Source of the DNA: Candidatus Ratteibacteria bacterium
GTDB lineage: Bacteria > Ratteibacteria > UBA8468 > B48-G9 > JAFGKM01
Assembly: GCA_046296715.1 (NCBI GenBank)
Contig: JBKBIN010000036.1
Span: 1 to 14,228, forward strand
DNA: 14,228 bases
Reading direction: 5' to 3'
Part shown: one piece after another, positions 1 through 6,901 of the stretch
Numbering within the stretch: position 1 is the first letter of the stretch
Layout: each line of letters begins with the position of its first letter
Position numbers and translations under genes: made by a program
The notes under the pieces: model-generated
Databases searched by the model: none
Seen by the model: the letters and a program-made list of their open reading frames with translations, nothing else
Told to the model about the DNA's origin: nothing

Positions 1-9
1 CTTAATCAT

Positions 10-805
10 TTATCTTAATTGGTCCTGCGTTAAAAGCCAAAAACTTTCTGTCCCCCAAACATTCCATTTATAAGCATAAAGGAGTTTATGATTCTGGTCA
101 TTTATCCACTTCGCAGAACCATCAAAAAATAACACATTTATTCCCATAGGTAATCTATCTTTTCCACTATGACTATATCCTTCAGAAGTTGGCCCAGGAG
201 GATTCCCATAATTCCATGCATAATAACCCCAACAATCTGCAACCCACATATAACCCTTTTTAGCAGCCAAATCAACTTTACCTTTTGTCTCTTTCCATAC
301 ATTTGAATCTGCATATGGTTTTAAATTTATTGAATAGTTGATATAAACTTTATTATTATTTATTGTCGTAGGATATTCAAACCAAGTATATATCCATCTT
401 TTATGAAAATATGTTCTTGTCCAGTAAAAATAAGGCATATAACCTGGGCATAAAAGATACATAGGGTCTGACAAGTATCTACCTTTTCCTGTCTGTCTCC
501 ATCCTATGCATAAAATACCAAGTCCTACATATCCAGGTGCATTTGCAGGTTCTGGTGGTTGTTTCATCCATATTGTTGGAGTTGAGGTGCTCCATGTTGG
601 AATTCCTCCTACTGGAATAAAACCGTCATAATCATTTGCATATATATGAGTTGCAATCCCTATCTGTTTTAAAATTGTTTAAACATACTGCTCTTCTTGC
701 ATTCTCTCTTGCTCTTGCAAGTGCTGGAAGTAGCATAGCAGCCAAAATCGCAATGATAGTAACTACAACAAGCAATTCTATCAAAGTAAATCCTTTTTTC
801 TTCAT
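10..805 (-). pseudogene. Prepilin-type N-terminal cleavage/methylation, DUF1559 / H-X9-DG family protein, interrupted by a one-base insertion (about 264 aa if restored)
   Basis: ATG at 805 with SD AGGAGGTG (811-818) gives [44 protein letters not shown]. Removing one base from the A4 run at 671-674 (TTTT on the coding strand) restores ...[24 protein letters not shown]..., in frame with ORF 10..567, which carries H...GINVLFFDGSAKW near its C-terminus. Could be a true frameshift or a sequencing error. Confidence 0.88.
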
Positions 806-809
806 AATA

Positions 810-1448
810 TCACCTCCTTTCAAAATTTTTTAATGTATATTTTTTTATCCATAATATATGGTTTTTTATTGTTTCAGAGGCCTTTTCACTATCTTTTTCT
901 ATTAATGCTTTTAGAATTTTATTATGAGAATAGGGATTTGGGTCTATTTTATATGTAATTCTTTTAGGCAAAGATAAGAAAAAGGGAAACATATAAAGTT
1001 TTTTAATTAAATGTTTCAAATACCAATTACCTGAAATATCTATGATTTTCTCATGGAAATATATATCATATCTTTTGGCTTCTTTATTCTTCCTTTCTCT
1101 TCTTGCTTTATTATATTTCTTAACATAAGTTTTTAATTCTTTTATATCCTTTTCTTTTATGTTTTCAACTGCTTTCTTAATTGCATAACTTTCTATTAAT
1201 ATCCTTATATCATATACACTTTCTATCTCTTCTTTTGTAAACTTTCTTATCTTTATTCCTCTATTTCTCCTTACACTTATTATTCCCTCATTTTCAAGAA
1301 TTTTTAAAACTTCTCTTACAGGAGTTCTACTTATCTTAAATTTTGAGGCAATTTTTTCTTCTGTGAGTTTCTTTTTTCCGTTCAAACTTAAATTTGTAAG
1401 CAGATATTCAATTATTTCTTCCCTTAATTCTTTTGCTTTTGTGTTCAT
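810..1448 (-). CDS. GntR family transcriptional regulator (wHTH plus FCD domain)
   Basis: wHTH motif [33 protein letters not shown]-type C-terminus ([22 protein letters not shown], two later His residues). 212 aa. Its stop codon overlaps the SD of the prepilin gene. Confidence 0.95.
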   Translation of the reverse strand: MNTKAKELREEIIEYLLTNLSLNGKKKLTEEKIASKFKISRTPVREVLKILENEGIISVRRNRGIKIRKFTKEEIESVYDIRILIESYAIKKAVENIKEKDIKELKTYVKKYNKARRERKNKEAKRYDIYFHEKIIDISGNWYLKHLIKKLYMFPFFLSLPKRITYKIDPNPYSHNKILKALIEKDSEKASETIKNHILWIKKYTLKNFERR

Positions 1449-1461
1449 TTGTATACATATT
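1447..1461. promoter_or_regulatory. Putative GntR operator 1 (ATTTGTATACATATT, palindromic core TGTATACA)
   Basis: Palindrome of GntR-type form (GT-N-AC core in AT-rich flanks). Overlaps the -10 box and the gntR start codon. An exact 15-bp copy lies at 1495-1509. Confidence 0.75.
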
Positions 1462-1485
1462 ACCTTTCTTTTTAAATTTTGTCAA
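1457..1485 (-). promoter_or_regulatory. Sigma70-type promoter of gntR (TTGACA-17 bp-TAATAT)
   Basis: TTGACA at 1485-1480, 17-bp spacer, TAATAT at 1462-1457. Only 8 nt separate the -10 box from the ATG at 1448. Confidence 0.75.
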
Positions 1486-1494
1486 GTTTTTTTA

Positions 1495-1509
1495 ATTTGT
1501 ATACATATT
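1495..1509. promoter_or_regulatory. Putative GntR operator 2 (ATTTGTATACATATT)
   Basis: Identical 15-bp direct repeat of 1447-1461, 48 bp away, just upstream of the -35 box. Confidence 0.7.
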
Positions 1510-1723
1510 CTCTTTTTTCAAATTTTGTTAGTTTATTTTTCTTTTCTATAATCTTTTATCAAATTTTTATTGGTAAGGTGTGGAGTGAGCAAATTACATT
1601 TAAGAAAGTTTTTCACTTAATAAAATCAAGAAAATTTACACCAACTATTTTTGTTTTATGTGCCAAATTTACAGTGAAAAAAGAATAAATTTCTTTTGGA
1701 GTTGATTCTCTTACTTAAAATTT

Positions 1724-2599
1724 TTAGTCCTGAACGACAAATTGACTTAAATGTCTAAATGCTATTATTAAACCTTCATCCTCTTTCCCTTTTTCTACTC
1801 TATCATGATAAACAGCATCATGCCAACCTTCTATATTTAAGTCATTTTTATAACCAACTCTTATAAGTTCTTTTATACACAAACGCCAGTCAGTATCACC
1901 AAGTCCTGGAAAACAATGTTCAATTGCTCCATAATGCCATATACCATACTTTTCTAATATGTCCTTATTTACATGAGCATCCTTTGCATGAACATGATAA
2001 ATTCTTTTTCCAAAATCTCTTATTGTAATAATTGGGTCTATAAATTGACAGATTAAATGACTTGGATCCCATTCAAGACCAATTGCTTCTGACTTAACTT
2101 CTGAAAAACCAATCTCCCACATTTGTGGAGTACACATAAAGTTTATTCCATTACTTGGAGTATGAAATTCTCCCATAGGACAATGTTCAAAAGCAATTTT
2201 TACTCCATGGTCTTCTGCAAATTTTGCATGTTCACTCCATATTTCAACAAATTTTTGTATACTTTCTTTAAGTGGCTTCCCAACAATCCTACCTGAAAAT
2301 CCAGCCACAACACTTACTCCCATCTTTTCTGCAAGAATTATTACATCTCTTACAAGTTTTTTATATTCTTCTTCTTTTGCAGGGTCCATATGATTAACAT
2401 AAAAACCTGCAAGACAAGAAATCCTTATATCCTTCATCTTATAATATTCTGCAACTTCTTTTGCCTTTGTCTCCCAACCATCCTTACCAGGAAAAAATTC
2501 ATCATTCGGACCAACTCTCAACTCACAACTTTTAAAACCTACTTTCTTTGCAAACTCAATCCTTTCCTTATCAAATGACATCATAAATCCAATTCTCAT
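1724..2599 (-). CDS. Sugar phosphate isomerase/epimerase (xylose isomerase-like / AP endonuclease 2 TIM barrel)
   Basis: Metal-ligand pattern IAFEH, LEWDPSH, YHVHAKD, LNIEG and the PGLGDTDW motif. SD AGGAGG upstream. 291 aa. Confidence 0.9.
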   Translation of the reverse strand: MRIGFMMSFDKERIEFAKKVGFKSCELRVGPNDEFFPGKDGWETKAKEVAEYYKMKDIRISCLAGFYVNHMDPAKEEEYKKLVRDVIILAEKMGVSVVAGFSGRIVGKPLKESIQKFVEIWSEHAKFAEDHGVKIAFEHCPMGEFHTPSNGINFMCTPQMWEIGFSEVKSEAIGLEWDPSHLICQFIDPIITIRDFGKRIYHVHAKDAHVNKDILEKYGIWHYGAIEHCFPGLGDTDWRLCIKELIRVGYKNDLNIEGWHDAVYHDRVEKGKEDEGLIIAFRHLSQFVVQD

Positions 2600-2621
2600 C
2601 TTTTCCCTCCTTTTTTGTAGT

Positions 2622-2649
2622 ATTATAAACTTTCAAACCAATATGTCAA
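2622..2649 (-). promoter_or_regulatory. Consensus sigma70 promoter for the isomerase/epimerase gene (TTGACA-16 bp-TATAAT)
   Basis: Perfect TTGACA at 2649-2644 and TATAAT at 2627-2622, 16-bp spacer, just upstream of the SD. Confidence 0.75.
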
Positions 2650-2702
2650 GAAATTTTTTTTCATACTTACAAGTTTATGCTCTTTCTAAGTTTTAATTTT
2701 TA

Positions 2703-2711
2703 TGGTATCAT
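2703..2711 (+). promoter_or_regulatory. Candidate extended -10 promoter (TGGTATCAT) for the M16 peptidase-bioY-asd operon
   Basis: TGnTAnnnT match 27 nt before the ATG at 2739. SD AGGAG at 2728-2732. The -35 match is weak. Confidence 0.45.
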
Positions 2712-2738
2712 TAAAATTTAAATAAACAGGAGAAAAAA

Positions 2739-4007
2739 ATGGACTGGTATGAATATGAAAGAGAAAATGGTGTAAAACTGATATATAAAAGATTTCCTGA
2801 ATTTCATTCTGTAGCAGTTGGAGTATTTGTTAAAACAGGAAGTAGATTTGAAAACCCACAATTTGCAGGTATTTCTCATTTTATAGAACATTTATTATTT
2901 AAAGGAACAAAAAATAGAAGTTGTAATGAGATAAAGGAAACAATTGAGGGAGTTGGTGGTAGTTTTAATGGTTTTACATCTACTGAAGCAACCTGCTATT
3001 GGATAAAAATTCTTGATAAATATATTGATTTGAGTTTTGATGTTCTCTCTGATATGATAAAAAATCCTCTTTTAAAAGAGGAAGACATTGAAAAAGAAAG
3101 AAATGTTATAATTGAAGAAATAAATATGTATCGTGATATCCCAGCAAGATATGTTCATGAATTATTTGATAACTTAATCTTTGAAAACCATCCTCTTGGT
3201 ATGCCAATTTCTGGAACTCCTGAGACACTTAAAAATATTAAAAGAGATGACTTAATCAATTATATTAACTCAAAATATTCAGGAGAAAATATTGTTGTAA
3301 GTGTTGTTGGAAAATTTGAAATAAAAAAACTTAAAAAAATATTTGATAAGTTTTTCCAAGATATTGAAAAGAAAAAAGAAAATGAATTTGAAAAATGGGA
3401 GAAAGAAGCAAATGGACCAAAAGTTAAGCTTATGATTAAAGATACTGAACAAACACATATATCATTTGGTGGATTTGCATATTCGTCTGAAGATGAAAGA
3501 AAATATCCTTTAAGTATCTTAAATGTAATTTTAGGAGGAAATATGAGCAGTAGATTATTTAATAGAATTAGAGAGACACTTGGTCTTGCATATGAGATAA
3601 GAAGTTTTGTCAGGCAGTATAAAGATATAGGTATATTTAATATTTCTGCTGGAATATCACCTGAAAATCTTGAAAAAACAATGATTGAAATAATAAAAGA
3701 ATTGAGAGAAATAAAAGAGAAAGGGATTAAGCAAGATGAAGTTGATAGAGCAAAGAGGTTTTTAATTTCTCAGATTTTGATGGGACTTGAAGATAATCTT
3801 GAATATATGTTATGGATTGGAGAACAAAAACTTTTAAAGAAAAAGATGGAAACATTAAATGAGATAGTTAAAAAAATTGAAAAAGTAAAAAAGAATGAGG
3901 TTGAACAAGTTGCAAAAGATTTATATAGAAAAGAAAATTTATATCTTGCAGTTATTTCAAAGAATGGTGATGAATCAAGATTAATAGAAATATTAAGTGA
4001 AGTTTAA
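2739..4007 (+). CDS. M16 family (pitrilysin/insulinase-like, M16B) zinc peptidase
   Basis: Inverted zincin HFIEH in GISHFIEHLLFKGT, IEKERNVIIEE carrying the third ligand, and C-terminal SSRLFNRIRETLGLAY with the R/Y pair. 422 aa. Confidence 0.95.
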   Translation: MDWYEYERENGVKLIYKRFPEFHSVAVGVFVKTGSRFENPQFAGISHFIEHLLFKGTKNRSCNEIKETIEGVGGSFNGFTSTEATCYWIKILDKYIDLSFDVLSDMIKNPLLKEEDIEKERNVIIEEINMYRDIPARYVHELFDNLIFENHPLGMPISGTPETLKNIKRDDLINYINSKYSGENIVVSVVGKFEIKKLKKIFDKFFQDIEKKKENEFEKWEKEANGPKVKLMIKDTEQTHISFGGFAYSSEDERKYPLSILNVILGGNMSSRLFNRIRETLGLAYEIRSFVRQYKDIGIFNISAGISPENLEKTMIEIIKELREIKEKGIKQDEVDRAKRFLISQILMGLEDNLEYMLWIGEQKLLKKKMETLNEIVKKIEKVKKNEVEQVAKDLYRKENLYLAVISKNGDESRLIEILSEV

Positions 4008-4020
4008 AAAGGAGTAGATG

Positions 4021-4590
4021 ATGGTAAAAAAATTATGGATAAAAATGTGGGAAAGATATTTTGAAATTTATGAATTATTGGGAATTACTGAAAAAATATT
4101 ACTTTCAATTATATTTTCAATCTTAACTGGAATTTCTGCACAAATATATATAAAACTTCCTTTTACTCCTGTGCCTATAACTTTACAGACATTTACGGTC
4201 TTGCTTTCAGGAATATTACTTGGTAAAAATTATGGATGTCTATCCCAGATTTTTTATTTTATTGGAGGTATTTCAGGAATTGGTTGGTTTTATGGTGGAA
4301 CAACTGGTATTTTAAGACCTACAACTGGTTATATTATTGGTTTTATATTTGCTTCTTATATTGCTGGATATTTTAGTGAAAGGAAAAGAAAAGTTTTTGG
4401 AATGGTATTTGCATCATTGGTAATTTATATTTTTGGGATTTTGTATCTTAGAATTTTTATCAACAAAAGTATAAAAGATTTGATTTTAATAGGTGTTTTG
4501 CCTTTCATTCCATTTGATATAATTAAAGGTCTTATTGCTGGTTTATTTGCAGAGAGTATTAAAGGGAGAAAGGGAGATGAAAAAATATAA
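4021..4590 (+). CDS. bioY: Biotin transporter BioY (ECF S-component)
   Basis: Signature LPFTPVPITLQTF, PTTGYIIGF and GVLPFIPFDIIK, with several hydrophobic helices. The ATG at 4021 is better spaced from SD AGGAG than the adjacent ATG at 4018. Confidence 0.93.
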   Translation: MVKKLWIKMWERYFEIYELLGITEKILLSIIFSILTGISAQIYIKLPFTPVPITLQTFTVLLSGILLGKNYGCLSQIFYFIGGISGIGWFYGGTTGILRPTTGYIIGFIFASYIAGYFSERKRKVFGMVFASLVIYIFGILYLRIFINKSIKDLILIGVLPFIPFDIIKGLIAGLFAESIKGRKGDEKI

Positions 4591-5593
4591 TGTATGTGTT
4601 GTCGGTGTTGGAATGGTTGGAAAAAAAATGGTTGAAATACTGATTGAAAGAAATTTTCCTATTAAAGATTTAAAAATTTTTGCAACAAGAGAAAGGGAAG
4701 AAGAGATAAATGGAAGGATTTTTAAAATAGAACAAACAAATATTGAAGGATTTAAAGGTATTGATATTGCTTTTTTTGCAGGAACTGAAGGAGAAAAAGG
4801 AGCCAGTAAACTTTTTGGATGGGAAGCAGTAAAAAAAGGATGTATAGTTATTGATAATGGAGCAGATTTTAGAATGGATGAAAGAGTCCCACTTATAGTT
4901 CCTGAGGTTAATTCTCATGCTTTAAAAAAACATCAAGGTTTTATTGCTAATCCAAATTGTTCTACAATCCAAATGGTAGTTGCTCTATATCCTCTTCATC
5001 TTGAATTTGGATTAAAAAGGATAATTGTGTCAACTTATCAGGCAGTTTCAGGAACAGGGAAAAAGGCAGTTGAAGAATTAGAAAAACAGGTTGAAAGTTA
5101 TGTAAAAAGAGAAGAGATCGTTAATGAAGTTTATCCATATCAAATTTTTGGAAATGTTATTCCTGAAATCGGTTCTTTAAGCGATGAATTTTTTGGTTAT
5201 TATACAGAAGAAGTTAAAATGATAAAAGAAACAAGGAAAATTATGGAATTACCTGATTTACCTATTTCTGCAACAACTGTTAGAGTACCTGTTTTCAATG
5301 GGCATTCAGAAAGTATAACTGCACAATTTGAGAAAAATCCTGATATAAAAAAGGCGAGAGAAATACTTGAAAAATCCCCTGGAATAAAGGTAATTGACCA
5401 ACCAGAAAAAAGTTTATATCCTACTCCTTTATTTGTTTCTGGAAAAGATGAGGTATTTGTTGGAAGGATAAGAAAGAATCCAGCGCTTGAAAATTCTCTT
5501 GATTTATGGGTAGTTGCTGATAATATTAGAAAAGGAGCAGCGTTAAATGCTATCCAGATTGCAGAAAAAATGATTGAAATGAAACTTATATAA
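4577..5593 (+). CDS. asd: Aspartate-semialdehyde dehydrogenase
   Basis: IANPNCST (catalytic Cys), STYQAVSGTG, RVPVFNGHSES (catalytic His), DNIRKGAALNAIQIAE. Start moved from 4535 to the ATG at 4577 (MKKYNVCVVG), which follows GGGAG. Confidence 0.97.
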   Translation: MKKYNVCVVGVGMVGKKMVEILIERNFPIKDLKIFATREREEEINGRIFKIEQTNIEGFKGIDIAFFAGTEGEKGASKLFGWEAVKKGCIVIDNGADFRMDERVPLIVPEVNSHALKKHQGFIANPNCSTIQMVVALYPLHLEFGLKRIIVSTYQAVSGTGKKAVEELEKQVESYVKREEIVNEVYPYQIFGNVIPEIGSLSDEFFGYYTEEVKMIKETRKIMELPDLPISATTVRVPVFNGHSESITAQFEKNPDIKKAREILEKSPGIKVIDQPEKSLYPTPLFVSGKDEVFVGRIRKNPALENSLDLWVVADNIRKGAALNAIQIAEKMIEMKLI

Positions 5594-5597
5594 TCCT

Positions 5598-6110
5598 TCA
5601 AAATTTTATTAAAGAGAAAACATCATAATCTTTCAATTTCTTTCTGCCATTTAAGTCAGTTAATTCAACAAGAAATAATATTTTATTTACAATTCCACCA
5701 CATTTTTCTATAAGTTTTACTGAAGCCAACGCAGTTCCACCTGTCGCAAGTAAATCATCAATAAGAATAACTTTTTCTCCTTTTTCTATTGCATCCTGGT
5801 GTATTTCAATTGTATCTGTTCCATATTCAAGGTCATAATCCATTTTTACTTTTTTCCATGGAAGTTTACCTGATTTCCTTATCGGAACAAAACCTACTCC
5901 AAGTAAATATGCAAGAGCAGCGCCAAATATAAAACCCCTTGATTCAATTGCAACAACTTTCTTTATATCCTCTGGAGTTTCTTTTTTAAAAATTGTAATC
6001 ACTTTTTTAAAAGCATTGCCATCTTGAAGTATAGGTGTAATATCCCTAAACAAAATCCCCTTTTTTGGAAAATCAGGAATTGTCCGAATAAGATTCTTCA
6101 ATTCCTTCAT
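5598..6110 (-). CDS. apt: Adenine phosphoribosyltransferase
   Basis: IPDFPKKGILFRDIT, IESRGFIFG, RKSGKLP, YDLEYG and the PRPP-binding motif LIDDLLATGGT. SD GGAGG at 6120-6124. Confidence 0.98.
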   Translation of the reverse strand: MKELKNLIRTIPDFPKKGILFRDITPILQDGNAFKKVITIFKKETPEDIKKVVAIESRGFIFGAALAYLLGVGFVPIRKSGKLPWKKVKMDYDLEYGTDTIEIHQDAIEKGEKVILIDDLLATGGTALASVKLIEKCGGIVNKILFLVELTDLNGRKKLKDYDVFSLIKF

Positions 6111-6900
6111 TTTTTATTTCCTCCCATTCTTCTTTTAATTTTTTCAAACATATCTTTTTAATTTGATGAATTCTCTGTCTTGTTAAACCGAGTTTTTTTG
6201 CTATCTCTTTATAACTATATTGTATACCATCTTCCAGCCCATAGTGCAATTTTAATACTTTAAACCAGACATCAACATTTGCCCTTTTTTCTTTTTTCTT
6301 TAACCTTTCAAAAATTTTATTCAGAATATCCTTATTCCTTAATATTTCCCAGAGTTTTTCTGTCTTCTTTTCTGTTGTATTTATTATATCAAAAAGATCT
6401 ACATCTTTCTCTCCATTATAAAAATCAGAAGAAATAATAGTAAACTTGTCAGCATACTTTTTAAATTTTTTAACAATGGTTAAAGGTATTTTCAACTCTT
6501 TTGCAAGTTCTTCATCTGTAGCATCTCTTCCATATTTTAAATTATAGATATTGTTAATCTCATCCATCCTTTCTTTAAATTCATGATATCTTTCTGGTAT
6601 TTTCAAAATTTCAAATTCTTTCATTATTGCTCTTAAAACAAACCTTTTTATCCAGAAATATGCATAAGTTCCAAATTTTACTTTTTTCCTAAAGTCAAAT
6701 TTTTCAATTGCTCTAATTAAACCCATATTTCCTTCTGCAATTAAGTCAGGTAAGATCTCTGGAGAAAATGCATATTTTTTGGCTATATGAATAACAAGCC
6801 CTTGATTTTTTTTAATAAACTCCTCTCTTAATTCCTTATCTCCTTTTCTAATCTTTGTTATAATCTTTTTTTCATCTTCAAGTGTTAAATTCTTTTTCAT
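6073..6900 (-). CDS. Sigma70-family RNA polymerase sigma factor (RpoD/RpoS-like regions 2, 3 and 4, no region 1.1), divergent
   Basis: Region 2 DLIAEGNMGLIRAIEKFDFRKKVKFGTYAYFWIK, region 3 GRDATDEELAKEL, region 4.2 YSYKEIAKKLGLTRQRIHQI. Start at 6900 or 6909. The 3' end overlaps apt by 38 bp. Confidence 0.92.
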   Translation of the reverse strand: MKKNLTLEDEKKIITKIRKGDKELREEFIKKNQGLVIHIAKKYAFSPEILPDLIAEGNMGLIRAIEKFDFRKKVKFGTYAYFWIKRFVLRAIMKEFEILKIPERYHEFKERMDEINNIYNLKYGRDATDEELAKELKIPLTIVKKFKKYADKFTIISSDFYNGEKDVDLFDIINTTEKKTEKLWEILRNKDILNKIFERLKKKEKRANVDVWFKVLKLHYGLEDGIQYSYKEIAKKLGLTRQRIHQIKKICLKKLKEEWEEIKNEGIEESYSDNS

Positions 6901-6901
6901 T

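Noticed and set aside
10..567. ORF 10..567 and ORF 632..823 as two independent genes
   Set aside because: They are two halves of one frameshifted gene. The 567 start has no clear SD, and the true start of the upstream half is 805, not 823.
677..683. In-frame T_TTA_AAC (UUUAAAC) -1 slippery heptamer just before the prepilin frameshift
   Set aside because: Restoring the gene needs a +1 (or -2) shift. A -1 slip enters the wrong frame, and the heptamer simply encodes C-L-N in AT-rich codons.
636..833. Plus-strand 65-aa ORF with a signal-peptide-like stretch
   Set aside because: Antisense shadow of the hydrophobic prepilin helix.
1591..1673. Repeated AAATT(T)ACA at 1591, 1632 and 1665 as a mini-CRISPR or iteron set
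   Set aside because: Only 8-9 bp, AT-rich, unevenly spaced, with no cas or rep gene. Expected by chance.
1363..1688. Plus-strand ORFs 1363..1551 and 1479..1688
   Set aside because: Phe/Ile/Leu-rich translations of T-rich promoter DNA, without SD or recognisable family, overlapping operators and promoter.
1679..1697. Hairpin AAAAGAA-TAAAT-TTCTTTT as terminator of the isomerase gene
   Set aside because: Only one G-C pair, too weak to call a terminator.
4670..5601. Minus-strand ORFs 4670..4918 and 5200..5601
   Set aside because: Antisense shadows of asd with no motifs.
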